Source: Candidatus Latescibacterota bacterium | Lineage (GTDB): Bacteria; Latescibacterota; UBA2968; UBA8231 | DNA length: 64,000 bases | Reading direction: 5' to 3' | Assembly: GCA_965243025.1 (NCBI GenBank) | Contig: CBDETY010000003.1 | Span: 6,112,001-6,176,000 of the forward strand | Notes under the pieces: model-generated | What the model was told of the DNA's origin: nothing | Database searches by the model: none | The model's input: only the letters and a program-made list of their open reading frames with translations | In this document: piece by piece, positions 28,928 through 39,149 of the stretch | Position numbering within the stretch: the first letter of the stretch is position 1 | How the letters are laid out: every line of letters starts with the position of its first letter | Position numbers and translations under genes: made by a program

Positions 28928-31699
28928 TTGTACATGAGCTTTGACCTCCGCTCCCTCGTTTTTCTTCTCACCTTCTACATAGCTTTCTTCGCCTCCGGCG
29001 CCGCCAGCCTGATCGCCGAGGTCACATGGAATCGGATGCTGGTCACGGTAGTCGGCAACTCGGTGAGCGCGACCGCCATGATCCTGGCCGCCTTCATGGG
29101 CGGTCTCGGACTGGGCAGCTATGCCGGAGGGGAATACTTCAGCAGGCGCCGCCCCTCGCTGATTCCCTACATCCTGCTGGAGATCGCTATCGGCGCCTAT
29201 GTATTCCTGTCGCCGGCGCTGTTCGATCTGCTGGCACGGCTCTTCACCTCGTTGGCGGAGAGCTTCGACGACCGGGCAAGCCTTGCAATGGCGCGAAGCA
29301 TGGTAAGCCTGGCGGCGCTCCTTCTGCCCGCATTCCTGATGGGTGCGACGTTCCCGGCGATGATCTCCGGTGTCGCTCCCGATTCCTCGTCACGGAGAAC
29401 GGCACGGACAGGTTACCTGTACAGCACGAACACCCTGGGGGCTGCGGTGGGCTGTTTCGCGGCGGGGTACTACCTGCTGGGGGAGTTCGGAGTTCAGAGC
29501 ACCCTGACCTGCGCCCTGGGTCTGTACGTCGTCGCCGTCCTGTGTGCGTTAGCGGCGAGGAGGGCTGCCCCGCCCGGCCTGGCTCAGGCTGCCGCGGCCC
29601 CGGCTGCCGGAAGCAGCTCCGCCCGGCCCGCGGAGGATCCCGGGCGGCGTTTCCTGCAGCTGGCGACGTTCGCGGTCGGTTTCGTCGCCCTGGCCTACCA
29701 GGTTCTGTTGACCCGGCTGGGCATTCTCTACCTCGGCAACAGCGCTCCGGTGTTCCCGGTCGTGCTCACGGGGTTTCTCCTGGGAACCGGAATCAGCGCC
29801 GTCGTGGGGACATGGCTGTACGGGGTGTTGCGCCGCAACACGGGCAGAAGCGACGACCTCTTCGGTTTCACCGCGCTGGCTGCCGGGGCCTTCGTGCTGC
29901 TGACTCCCTATCTCCTGCTGACCGACTGGGTGCTCGGCACGGACCAGTCGGCGCAGTTCGGCCAGGCAAGCTTCGAAAACCTCGTACTGGTCATCGCAAT
30001 CATCGTCGCACCGACGGTCCTGATCGGGGCGCTTCTGCCGCTGGCGATCAGGATGCTCCAGCCGGAGGGGCGCGGCGCGGCGACGCGGGAAGCCGCCACC
30101 CTGTATGCCCTCAACACCGCGGGAGGTCTGCTGGGCGCCGGCCTGGCCAACCACTATCTCGTCCCCCTCATCGGGGTGCAGGGCGTTCTCATCGGCCTGG
30201 CATCGGCATGCGCCGCGGTGGGGGTCTTCAATCTGCTTTCTCCGGACCGGGTTTTCCGGCGGTGGGCGGCCACCGTACTCGCTGTCGCGGGGCTGGCCGT
30301 CGCGCTTGCCGCGGCGCTCCCGAGGATGATGGACCTGTACGCAGTGAAGCTCGGGGAGTTCACCAGGGCGGCCTCGACCGAAGTCAGGCTCATCCAGGAG
30401 GGACGGGTGGCCACCGTTACCGTCCTCGACCAGGTCGATCCGAGGAGAGGCACGTACCGCGACATGTACCTCAACGGCGTCGAGGAAGCGTCGACACGCT
30501 ACTGGCACACCCAGTTGTTCAAGCTGCTGGGAAGCTTTCCGGTGCTCGTCCACGAGGGGGCCGAACCCAAACAGGTGCTGGTGATCGCCTTCGGGGCCGG
30601 CATTACGGCCGGCTCGGTACTGGCTTCGGACCGGGTCTCCAGCCTCGATGTCGTCGACCTGAATCCCGACGTGGAAGGCATCAACGACCTGTTTACCGAT
30701 GTGAACGGGGACGTGTTTCACAAACCCGGGTTCCACTTTCACAACGACGACGGGCGCAACTACCTGGTGACCAGCAGCAAACGCTACGACGTGATCATCA
30801 GCGATTCGACCCATCCGCGCGCCTACGACAGCTGGGTCCTCTACACGGAAGAGTTCTACCGGGCCGTCGCCGGGCGCCTGCTTCCCGGCGGCATCTTCGC
30901 GCAGTGGGTGCCCGTTCTCGGCAACATGCAGGGTGACCTGTTGAGGATACACCTCAACACGTTCCGAAGGGTGTTTCCCAACTCCACCTTCTGGTATGTC
31001 TACGGCTCCGACCAGGCGTTTCTCCTGGCGACCCCCGAACCCTTCTCACTCGACGCCGAATACCTGCAGGAACAGCTCGACCGCCTGCCCGGATGGTTCC
31101 GGGCACAGCACTACCAGATCGACACGGTCGAGCGCATCGCCGGTTTTTTCTGGCTGGACGGCGAGGCCTTGGCCAGGATGATCGGCGGTGAGACACGGCT
31201 CAACACCGACGACCTCCATTTCTTCGACAACCAGTCCGCCCTCGAGCCGGCGCCCCCGGAAATGCGGCTGCCGCGCTATCAGGCAGCGGCCCATCCCTAC
31301 TTCATGCGGGCCGACGACAGGCTGCGCGACGCCATCGGCAGGGAACAGCTGATGGCGCAATTGATGGCCAGGTACGGATTCTACCGCACGCAGCAGGACC
31401 TGTTCAGTGCGTATTGCCTGATGCCCGGCAACGGCAATGTGAGGTATTTCCTGTCCCGGGGATTTCCCGATGGCAAGCCGCCGGATCACCAGACGTTCTG
31501 CACTGTGAGGAGCCTGACCCGACAGGCGCAGGGTCTCCGCGATCAGGGCAGGTATGCCGAGGCGGAGCCCCTTTACAGGCAGGTGCTTGAAATATTGCAG
31601 GATTCCTACGGGCCCGGGCACCCCGGGGTGGCCGAAACCCTGAAAACCCTGGCCGAGCTCCATCGCCAAATGGGAAGCAGGAAAGAAGCGGAACGGTGA
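28928..31699 (+). CDS. Fused MFS-like/spermidine synthase-like protein with C-terminal TPR
   Basis: FFASGAASLIAEVTW.R, LYSTNTLGA, LVIAFGAGIT, DDGRNYL, YDVIISD, and a kinesin-light-chain-type TPR (GPGHPGVAETLKTLA). Confidence 0.88.
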   Translation: MYMSFDLRSLVFLLTFYIAFFASGAASLIAEVTWNRMLVTVVGNSVSATAMILAAFMGGLGLGSYAGGEYFSRRRPSLIPYILLEIAIGAYVFLSPALFDLLARLFTSLAESFDDRASLAMARSMVSLAALLLPAFLMGATFPAMISGVAPDSSSRRTARTGYLYSTNTLGAAVGCFAAGYYLLGEFGVQSTLTCALGLYVVAVLCALAARRAAPPGLAQAAAAPAAGSSSARPAEDPGRRFLQLATFAVGFVALAYQVLLTRLGILYLGNSAPVFPVVLTGFLLGTGISAVVGTWLYGVLRRNTGRSDDLFGFTALAAGAFVLLTPYLLLTDWVLGTDQSAQFGQASFENLVLVIAIIVAPTVLIGALLPLAIRMLQPEGRGAATREAATLYALNTAGGLLGAGLANHYLVPLIGVQGVLIGLASACAAVGVFNLLSPDRVFRRWAATVLAVAGLAVALAAALPRMMDLYAVKLGEFTRAASTEVRLIQEGRVATVTVLDQVDPRRGTYRDMYLNGVEEASTRYWHTQLFKLLGSFPVLVHEGAEPKQVLVIAFGAGITAGSVLASDRVSSLDVVDLNPDVEGINDLFTDVNGDVFHKPGFHFHNDDGRNYLVTSSKRYDVIISDSTHPRAYDSWVLYTEEFYRAVAGRLLPGGIFAQWVPVLGNMQGDLLRIHLNTFRRVFPNSTFWYVYGSDQAFLLATPEPFSLDAEYLQEQLDRLPGWFRAQHYQIDTVERIAGFFWLDGEALARMIGGETRLNTDDLHFFDNQSALEPAPPEMRLPRYQAAAHPYFMRADDRLRDAIGREQLMAQLMARYGFYRTQQDLFSAYCLMPGNGNVRYFLSRGFPDGKPPDHQTFCTVRSLTRQAQGLRDQGRYAEAEPLYRQVLEILQDSYGPGHPGVAETLKTLAELHRQMGSRKEAER

Positions 31700-31727
31700 G
31701 AAGCGCGGCCCGGAAGACCGGGGCAGG

Positions 31728-32579
31728 GTGGATGATTTGAGTGCGAAACCGGAGGTGATTTCCGTTGCCTGGGAGGAAACGGCATCCCGGCGGATGAGTT
31801 CCGGACGCCTCCAACAGGCGGTGGAGGCGGTCAGGCGGGACGGATTCGTTGTCATCGAAAACGCGGTTCCCCACGAGCCGCTCGACGTCCTCCGGGAGAA
31901 GATGGATCGGGATTCCAGGGTCCTGATCGATCGCAAGCTGTGGGGGGGCGCCGGAGGTCTGAAAGGCCATCTCCAACAGGGGCCGCCCCCGTTCGCCCCG
32001 TTCGTATTCCCCGAGATCGTGGCCAATCCGCTGGTGATCCAGGTCAACACCGCGCTCCTGGGGGAGGGTATCTTCAACAGCTTCTACAACGGCAATACCA
32101 ATTGTCCCGGCAGCGTTGCCCAGCCCCTGCACCGGGACGGGCCTCATCTGTGGCCGGGTCACGAGCCCCCCCATCCGGCCGCCTGCGTGGTGGTGAACAT
32201 CTCGCCCCACGACGTGACGGAAGAGAACGGGGCAGTGGAGCTGTGGCCGGGCACGCATCTGCACCCCTTTCCCGAAAGCGAAATCGACAGGGAAACCGAA
32301 GAGGCGCAAAGAGAGGTTTCTCCTCCCGTGAGCGGGTGCGCGAAAAAGGGAAGCGTGCTGATACGGGATGTGCGGCTCTGGCACAGAGGGGTGCCGAATC
32401 GTTCGGACCGGCCGCGGCACATGATTGCGCAGGTCCACTGCATCCGCTGGTACCGCAATCGCGGACCGGTGAAATTCAACACAGGTTGTGAAGATGCCTT
32501 CCCCGATGATTGCGGTATGGATCACAATGCGGAATTCACCGGGGATCCGATCGATTATCTGTTGCTGAAACGGGGGTAA
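31728..32579 (+). CDS. Phytanoyl-CoA dioxygenase (PhyH) family Fe(II)/2OG oxygenase
   Basis: RDGFVVIEN, QPLHRD (HxD), ENGA.ELWPGTH, WHRG.PN.SD.PR. Confidence 0.9.
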   Translation: MDDLSAKPEVISVAWEETASRRMSSGRLQQAVEAVRRDGFVVIENAVPHEPLDVLREKMDRDSRVLIDRKLWGGAGGLKGHLQQGPPPFAPFVFPEIVANPLVIQVNTALLGEGIFNSFYNGNTNCPGSVAQPLHRDGPHLWPGHEPPHPAACVVVNISPHDVTEENGAVELWPGTHLHPFPESEIDRETEEAQREVSPPVSGCAKKGSVLIRDVRLWHRGVPNRSDRPRHMIAQVHCIRWYRNRGPVKFNTGCEDAFPDDCGMDHNAEFTGDPIDYLLLKRG

Positions 32580-32605
32580 GTGATGGATGAGGTGTTGTTG
32601 AAGGA

Positions 32606-33469
32606 ATGGATTCCCCCGCGGGAATTGGGGCCGGCGCGATGACGCCGACCGACGGTTGGATTCCCGCGGAGGGCAGTCCGGCTGGGATTCTGGAACGGTT
32701 TCCACGGCCGCTCGAGGCGCTGGTGGCAGGGGAGATTCCCGGCGTTGTCCTTCGTGAAGCTTTCGATCCCGATCACTGCGCCGGCCTCGTGAAGCGGCTC
32801 TACGAACGCGGCCTGGCATACGACCCGCGTCCTGCCGGGGAGGGAGAGCGCCCGGTGTACGTCGGTCCCCACCTGGCCGGGCTGAACGCCGACCCGGAGA
32901 GGTTCTTCGCATGTGCCGCCGACACTCACCGGCTGTTCGGGAGCCTGTTCGACGGGTACGGCGACCCGGTGAAGACCTTCTACGACTCCCTGTCGGCCCT
33001 GGCCCCCGGCAAGCGGGTGATGACCGCCCGCGAGCCGGACGGGCGCCTCTACGGACCGGCGGTCTTCCGCACCTACTACGCCGGCGCCGGACACGGACCG
33101 CATTTCGACTCGGTGGCAAAGCGGCAGAAGTTGTTCAGCTACGAGGTGTCGAGGTTCCGGAACCAGCTGGCCGGGGTGATGTGCTTCCAGAACTCGGAGC
33201 AGGAAGGGGAGTGCGGAGAGCCCTTCCTCTACAACTGCCCCTGGACTCCCGAGGTGCAGGGGTACATAAGCGAAGGCACGTTCGCGGAGTACGCGGCCGG
33301 GCGGGGCATTCCCAGGGTCCAGATCGAGCTCGAGCCGGGAGACCTCTACTTCTTCTTTTCGGAAAACATCCACGAGGTGCCGCCGGTGACGGGGGAGAGA
33401 CCGCGAATCGTGCTGGCCGCTTTCTTCGGCATGTCCCCGGACGACGAGGAGATTTTCGTCTGGTCGTGA
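32606..33469 (+). CDS. 2OG-Fe(II) oxygenase superfamily protein
   Basis: HxD (PHFD), PGDLYFF.S.NIHEV, distal Arg (RPRIV). Confidence 0.7.
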   Translation: MDSPAGIGAGAMTPTDGWIPAEGSPAGILERFPRPLEALVAGEIPGVVLREAFDPDHCAGLVKRLYERGLAYDPRPAGEGERPVYVGPHLAGLNADPERFFACAADTHRLFGSLFDGYGDPVKTFYDSLSALAPGKRVMTAREPDGRLYGPAVFRTYYAGAGHGPHFDSVAKRQKLFSYEVSRFRNQLAGVMCFQNSEQEGECGEPFLYNCPWTPEVQGYISEGTFAEYAAGRGIPRVQIELEPGDLYFFFSENIHEVPPVTGERPRIVLAAFFGMSPDDEEIFVWS

Positions 33470-33526
33470 GCGGGCAGCTGCCGCGCTCGAAGGCGGAACG
33501 CCCACAGCCAATCAGGAAAGACAGGA

Positions 33527-34624
33527 ATGAAAATTGCGAAAGTCGAAACCTTCCAGATCAAAACCCCGCGCTATTACCAGGAACACCCGGTCCAGACAGG
33601 GGAATGGACCGGCCACGTGGTCGTCAAGCTTCATGTCGAGGACGGACTCGTGGGACTGGGAGAGGCGCCGGACAGCCTGGCCGATGACCTGGGCGCCATC
33701 GCCGCGCGCTACAACGAGCTGCTGGTCGGACGCGACGCCACCCGGATCGGGGAGATCAACGAGTTCCTGCGGGCGCAGGACTTCGCCAGCACGGTGAGCA
33801 ACTCGCACCTGACCGCGGCCATCGACCTGGCGCTCTACGACCTCAACGGCAAGCTGCAGGGAGTTCCGGCCTGTCAGTTGCTGGGCGGAAAAATGCGGGA
33901 GAGCGTGTACTTCTGTTACCCGATCATCGGGCAACACCTGCAGGGAGGTTTCGAGCGGAACGCCAGCTACCTGCAGCGGCTGGTCGACCTGGGGCACCAC
34001 CTGTTCCGCTACTACATCTCGGGCGACAGCGGTCTCGACGACCGTTTCCTGAGCGAGATGAAGGCGCGCTTCGGGGAGAAGATCCGGCTCAAAGCGATCG
34101 ATTTGATCGGGAGCTTTCCGGACTGGGAGTCCGCCCTGCGTTATGCCGAGGTCCTGCGCCGCCACGAACCTCTCAACTTCGAGCAGCCGTCGAACGACCT
34201 GCGGGTGTGCGCCGATTTCGTCAAGCGGGTGGACGTGCCGGTCAGTCAGCACATCGGCAGCCTGGAGGAAGGGCTCGAGGCGATCGAGCGGGGCGCGTGC
34301 ACCGTGCTCAACCTGGCGTGGATCTGGTGGGGGCCCACCTACGTCCGCCGCATGTTCGCGCTGGCCGAAGCCGCCGGTTTCAAGGCCTTCCTGTCCACCG
34401 ATCAGGACTCCACCGTCGGGACGGCCGGGGCCGTTCACCTCGGCGTTTCCGTTCCCAACCTCGACCTTCCCTCCGATCCGGCCGGCCCCCTGCTGTACAC
34501 GGTTTCGCCGGCCAAAGAGCGGATCCGTACCGAGAACAGCCACCTGTATCCCCCCGAGGGTCCCGGGCTGGGGGTCGAGCTGGACGACGACAGGATGAGA
34601 GAGCTGACGTTGGCCTCCGCGTGA
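33527..34624 (+). CDS. Enolase-superfamily dehydratase (galactarate dehydratase II-like subgroup), paralog 2
   Basis: Collinear with 17108..18187: FRYY, IDLIG, FEQP, VSQH, TDQDS, DPAGPLLY. Confidence 0.85.
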   Translation: MKIAKVETFQIKTPRYYQEHPVQTGEWTGHVVVKLHVEDGLVGLGEAPDSLADDLGAIAARYNELLVGRDATRIGEINEFLRAQDFASTVSNSHLTAAIDLALYDLNGKLQGVPACQLLGGKMRESVYFCYPIIGQHLQGGFERNASYLQRLVDLGHHLFRYYISGDSGLDDRFLSEMKARFGEKIRLKAIDLIGSFPDWESALRYAEVLRRHEPLNFEQPSNDLRVCADFVKRVDVPVSQHIGSLEEGLEAIERGACTVLNLAWIWWGPTYVRRMFALAEAAGFKAFLSTDQDSTVGTAGAVHLGVSVPNLDLPSDPAGPLLYTVSPAKERIRTENSHLYPPEGPGLGVELDDDRMRELTLASA

Positions 34625-34824
34625 CTTTCCGGCGCTGCCGGGTGTGGCAGGAAGCATCGGTCCCCCCGGTATGCCTTCAGGAGGCTGGGTACGGTATTGT
34701 CTGGAAGAATGAGATGGGAGCCAGAAAAGGGTGCCCCGGCGTGGATATCCAACCGGGAAGGGACGCACCGTGGGGATTCCGGGCGGATCATGGAGGTTGA
34801 CGGCATGTACCGGGAAGGTTCGAG

Positions 34825-35721
34825 TTGAACGAGAAGCTGGTCAGGGGTATCTGGCCGGCGCTCTGCACGGCCTTCGACGACAGCGGCGCGCGCGTCGACG
34901 CCGGGCGTCAAAGGGCCCTGGTCAGGGCGCTGATCGACACCGGGATTCAGGGATTCTTCGTCTGCGGCGGCACCGGGGAGGGCAGGGCGATGTCCATGCC
35001 TGAGCGTACGGAAGTGGCCGAGATCGTCGCCGAAGAGGTGGCAGGGGCAGTCAGGATCGTCCTGCATGCAGGCGGCACCTCCACGGAAAACGCCGTCGAG
35101 CTGGCGCGGCACGCCGCGGGCCTGAATGGAATCGACGCGGTCGCCTCGGCGGCCCCGGTCGATGCACCCAGCGACCTCGGCGCCGCGGTCGCCCACTACG
35201 CCGCCATCGGAGCGGCCACCGACCTGCCATTCTACGTGTACTGGCTGAGGCGCGAGGCCGATACCGGGGCCACGGCCGACAGCTTTCTCGAAGCGATGCG
35301 GGAGGTTCCGAACTTCGCGGGGGTGAAGTTCACCGACCACAACCTCTACCTCTTCGGCCAGCTCATCGACTGCTCCGGCGGGATAAACGCCATTTCAGGG
35401 CCGGATGAAATGGCCTTGCCGGCGATGGTGATGGGCGCCGACGCCGCCATCGGCACCACCTACAACATCATGCCGGAGATCTTCCTCGGGATGCGCCGCG
35501 CCTTCGATGCCGGCGATCTCGCCGCGGCGCAGGCCTGCCAGCGGCAGGCGAACCGCGTCATCCGCCTGCTGCTCGAGGTCGGTGCGCTGCCGGGAGTAAA
35601 GCAGCTGCTCGCCGACCGCGGCACCCCGGCGGGACCGGCGCGGATCGTTCCGCCTCTGGACCCCGCCGCCAAGATCGCCCTGCGCGCCGGTCTCGAGCAG
35701 CTGGACATCGAAGTTCGCTGA
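34825..35721 (+). CDS. DHDPS/N-acetylneuraminate lyase family class I aldolase
   Basis: GGTGE, catalytic Tyr (YVYW), Schiff-base Lys (GVKFTD), GPDEM, AIGTTYN (NanA-like). Confidence 0.85.
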   Translation: MNEKLVRGIWPALCTAFDDSGARVDAGRQRALVRALIDTGIQGFFVCGGTGEGRAMSMPERTEVAEIVAEEVAGAVRIVLHAGGTSTENAVELARHAAGLNGIDAVASAAPVDAPSDLGAAVAHYAAIGAATDLPFYVYWLRREADTGATADSFLEAMREVPNFAGVKFTDHNLYLFGQLIDCSGGINAISGPDEMALPAMVMGADAAIGTTYNIMPEIFLGMRRAFDAGDLAAAQACQRQANRVIRLLLEVGALPGVKQLLADRGTPAGPARIVPPLDPAAKIALRAGLEQLDIEVR

Positions 35722-35875
35722 AGCGCGCAGAACCCCTGACGGCGGCCGCGGTTCGAGTTTTTTCCGGTCGTCAACCCCGGACCGCCCCGACCTCAAAAAA
35801 CTGCTCGAACTGCCGGGCGCCACCGGGATCGGCGGAGACCCGAGAGCAGATAAAACTTCGAACTGGAGGGATTGA

Positions 35876-37816
35876 GTGACTGATGCAGGCTCTTCAAAGA
35901 AGGTGACTGTCCCCGGGTTGGTGGAGGTCGCCGCGACGCAGGTTGCCCCTCCTCCTGGATGGGCCCTCCTGGAACGCCGGCTGATTACGCTGATGGAGGA
36001 TGCCGCCGCCCCGATGGTCGACAAGTACGCGGAGAAAGGGGGCGCGTTCTACTTCGCCGACGACGTCGACGATCTGTACGAAAGGGTGTACAACTGGGGC
36101 CTGTTCTACGCCATGGGGGCCGATCGAAAGGTGCTCGACCTGGCGCTCCAGCAGTGGAATGCCACCACCCGTTTCTTCGCCGACGATATCGTCAGCAGGG
36201 TGCACCCCCGCTTCTGTCCACAGATTCACAACGAGTACTACAACCAGGGTTCACCCGGAGCGAACGAGTGGCACCACCAGGGCGAGGGCAACATGGCCTT
36301 CTACCATTTCGGCCTGGCCGACCCCACGATCTCGGAGAACGTTCGCCGTTCCAGACGGTTCGCGGCGATGTTCATGGACGAGGATCCCGAGGCCCCCAAC
36401 TACGATCCCAAACACAGGATCTTCCGAAGCCCAATGCAGACCAGCGTCGGCCCCATGCGCCGCGCCAGTGCCGCCAATGCGATCATGTGGCTTCAGGGGG
36501 GAATACCGAGCATCGGGGAGTCAAACCGCTACTACGGCGTGCGGGCAACCCTGTACCCGGTGGTCGAGGACCTGGAGCCTGACTGGTTCGAAAACCCCGA
36601 ACGCCGGGACGCGATCCTCGAGCTGTTCGACGACATCGTCCTCAACGGCGACGTCGCCAACAGCCTGGGCGCCACCGCCCTGGTCACCAACGCATACCTG
36701 TACACCGGCGAGGAGAAGTACAGGCAGTGGGTGCTGGAGTACACGCAAGCCTGGATGGAACGGATGCGGCGCAACGGCGGCATCATGCCCGACAACGTCG
36801 GACCGACCGGCAGGATCGGCGAAAACCGCCGGGGCCAGTGGTGGGGCGGGCTCTACGGATGGAACAGCTTCGTCGGCTACAACATAATGTTCAATTCGCT
36901 GACCATCGCCGCCGAATGCGCCGTCCTGCTCACCGGCGACTTCGGCTACCTGGAGCTGCTGCGCTCGCAGATCCGGATCCTCATGGACAATGCCGTCACG
37001 CGGGAGGACGGCCAGCTCCTGCTTCCGGCCCGCTACGGCCCCGGGGGTTGGGAGTACGCCCTGGGGGACCCCGGCAAGCGGCAGCCGGCACCGTTCCGCA
37101 TGCAGGAACTCGCCCACCTGTACCACATCTCCATGGCCGCAGAAGACTACGACCTCATCGCCAGAATCCGGGAGACCGACCAGGAGCGCGACTGGAATCA
37201 CGTTCCCGTCGTCGGAGAAAAGAACTACGGCGACACCGAGCTGGCCCGCTTTCAGTACTACGACGGCAGGAATCCCGACTGGCCCGTCAAAATCCTGCAG
37301 GCCGAGTACGAGAACGCCCGGACCGCTTGCGAGTCGATCCGCAACGAAACCCGCGATGCCCGGGCCCTGATCGCAGACAACCACTGTCCTCCCAATCCCG
37401 TCTACACCAAGGGGTTGACGCAGGTGACCATGGGGGCGCCTCACTCGGTGTACACCGGCGGACTGCTGCGCGCGACCCTGCGCTACTTCGATCCGGACCG
37501 CGCCAGGCCCGGGCTGCCGCCCGGGGTCGCCGCCCTGGTCGACAAGCTGGGGGACGGGACTGCGGGGGTCCACTTGGTCAATCTGGATGCCGGGGAAACG
37601 CGGAACCTGATCGTGCAGGCCGGGGCATTCGCCGAGCACCGGTTCGTCGAACTGACCAGCGGCGGCCGGACCATCCCGGTGGAGTCGAAATACTTCGCGG
37701 TCCGGCTTCCGCCCGGTGCATCCATCCGGCTGGACATGGTCATGCGCCGCTTTGTCAACCGGCCCACCTACGCCTTCCCCTGGCACGGGGAGGAGATCCC
37801 GGTGCCCTACTGCTGA
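35876..37816 (+). CDS. Hypothetical protein (646 aa, Trp/Tyr/His-rich, probably an all-helical enzyme)
   Basis: GGAGG RBS, GTG start, long GC3-biased ORF; motifs DDLYE, EWHHQGEG, PDNVGP.G.IGE, WWGGLYGW. Family not recognised. Confidence 0.75.
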   Translation: MTDAGSSKKVTVPGLVEVAATQVAPPPGWALLERRLITLMEDAAAPMVDKYAEKGGAFYFADDVDDLYERVYNWGLFYAMGADRKVLDLALQQWNATTRFFADDIVSRVHPRFCPQIHNEYYNQGSPGANEWHHQGEGNMAFYHFGLADPTISENVRRSRRFAAMFMDEDPEAPNYDPKHRIFRSPMQTSVGPMRRASAANAIMWLQGGIPSIGESNRYYGVRATLYPVVEDLEPDWFENPERRDAILELFDDIVLNGDVANSLGATALVTNAYLYTGEEKYRQWVLEYTQAWMERMRRNGGIMPDNVGPTGRIGENRRGQWWGGLYGWNSFVGYNIMFNSLTIAAECAVLLTGDFGYLELLRSQIRILMDNAVTREDGQLLLPARYGPGGWEYALGDPGKRQPAPFRMQELAHLYHISMAAEDYDLIARIRETDQERDWNHVPVVGEKNYGDTELARFQYYDGRNPDWPVKILQAEYENARTACESIRNETRDARALIADNHCPPNPVYTKGLTQVTMGAPHSVYTGGLLRATLRYFDPDRARPGLPPGVAALVDKLGDGTAGVHLVNLDAGETRNLIVQAGAFAEHRFVELTSGGRTIPVESKYFAVRLPPGASIRLDMVMRRFVNRPTYAFPWHGEEIPVPYC

Positions 37817-37945
37817 CCGGAAGGAAACGACGCGCGAGGCCGATGGATTGCGGGGACTGCTGCTGGTCGATCGGTACAGGCTGCGGGCATTCCAGCCGCA
37901 GAGGTCCTCCAGGGCGGCTCACCAGGCCCGGACTCCCCTGTCGCG

Positions 37946-39040
37946 CTATCCCTTGTACTTTGGGAACAGGGGATCCTCCAGAGCTTCCGCGTAGGTCTGG
38001 GACCGTCCCGACTGGTCGCCTCCGAGCCATCGATAAGGGGTCGGGTAGAGCGTCAGGGAGCGGTCCTCGAGCGGCAGCTTCAGCGGCACGCTGCCCCACA
38101 GCGCCGAGTACTTGGCGGCGATGGCGACTTCGAGCGACTGCCGCAGGTCGTGTCCGGATACGGCGAGCTCGCCGCCATTGGCCACCACGTCGAGAAACGA
38201 CAGGATCGAGGTGCCCAGGTAGGAGAACCGGGGATACTGTTCCGGTGTATACGGCCGGTCCACCCTGACCCGGGCGCCGCTGCCGTCGAAACCCCTGTAG
38301 ATTTCGGGAGTCGCCCAGTTCCAGCGGATCAGGGCGTCGTCGGTCCATACCTCGATGCCGCGGAAAGGGGTTTCCCATCCGAAGACAGGGCAGCCGAGGC
38401 CGTTGCTCAAGCGGAAATGGCCGTTGACGACCAGGCCTTCGTCGCTGTCGCTGCGCAGCGCTTCCTCAGGGGTTCCCCAGGCGATGACCTCGGTCACCTC
38501 GGCCTGGGCGAGGAGCCGCAGCACGGCGATATGCTGGCAGCCGCCGCCGGAGATCTCGCCGGCCCCCCACCGGTGCACGCTGGCGCCGCGCAGCTCCCCG
38601 TAGTCCCCGGCGCGCAGCCAGCCGGCGACCTCCTGGAGGTCGGAAAGCGCCCGCTTGAGGTTGCCCCCCGCAAAGACGACGCCGCGCTCGGCGCACACGT
38701 CGACCATCTCGTCGGCGTCGGCGAGGCAGGCCTCGATCGGCTTGTCGGTGGAGACCCCCTTGACCCCCGCCTGGGCGCTGGCGATCACCGCCTCCTTTAT
38801 GTACTTGCCGGGCAGAACGACCGCGGCGATGTCGGGCACGACCTCCCGGTACATGGCCTCCGCGTCCGGGTAGAGGGCCTCGATGCCGAAGCGTTCCCCG
38901 ACCGCCCGGAGCCGCTCCGGGTTGCGTTCGGCAATTGCGACAAGCTCGGTATCGGGCAGCGTCTGGTACACCTCGGCGTAGTGCTGGCCGAGGCGCCCGC
39001 ACCCGATGATTGCAACTGTGTACCTTGGTTCAGCCTTCAT
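37946..39040 (-). CDS. Gfo/Idh/MocA family oxidoreductase
   Basis: AIIGCGRLG Rossmann motif, DKP variant of EKP, GGAG RBS before ATG 39040. Confidence 0.88.
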   Translation of the reverse strand: MKAEPRYTVAIIGCGRLGQHYAEVYQTLPDTELVAIAERNPERLRAVGERFGIEALYPDAEAMYREVVPDIAAVVLPGKYIKEAVIASAQAGVKGVSTDKPIEACLADADEMVDVCAERGVVFAGGNLKRALSDLQEVAGWLRAGDYGELRGASVHRWGAGEISGGGCQHIAVLRLLAQAEVTEVIAWGTPEEALRSDSDEGLVVNGHFRLSNGLGCPVFGWETPFRGIEVWTDDALIRWNWATPEIYRGFDGSGARVRVDRPYTPEQYPRFSYLGTSILSFLDVVANGGELAVSGHDLRQSLEVAIAAKYSALWGSVPLKLPLEDRSLTLYPTPYRWLGGDQSGRSQTYAEALEDPLFPKYKG

Positions 39041-39149
39041 GGGTTGTCTCCTTCCAGTGAAGGATTCCGTCATTCCGGGAATTCAGCAGCAGCATCGCTT
39101 CAGAACAGCCTGGGTTTCCCGGGAAACGAGGTCGCCGCACACGGCGTAC

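Noticed and set aside
26278-33469. Secondary-metabolite biosynthetic cluster (SAM-domain proteins plus 2OG oxygenases)
   Set aside because: No scaffold-forming enzyme or precursor peptide is visible; PhyH-type genes are scattered in this window.
37808-37830. TAC TGC TGA CCG at the end of the 646-aa gene as a second Sec read-through
   Set aside because: The extension runs antisense into the convergent gene, is not protein-like, and has no clear SECIS.
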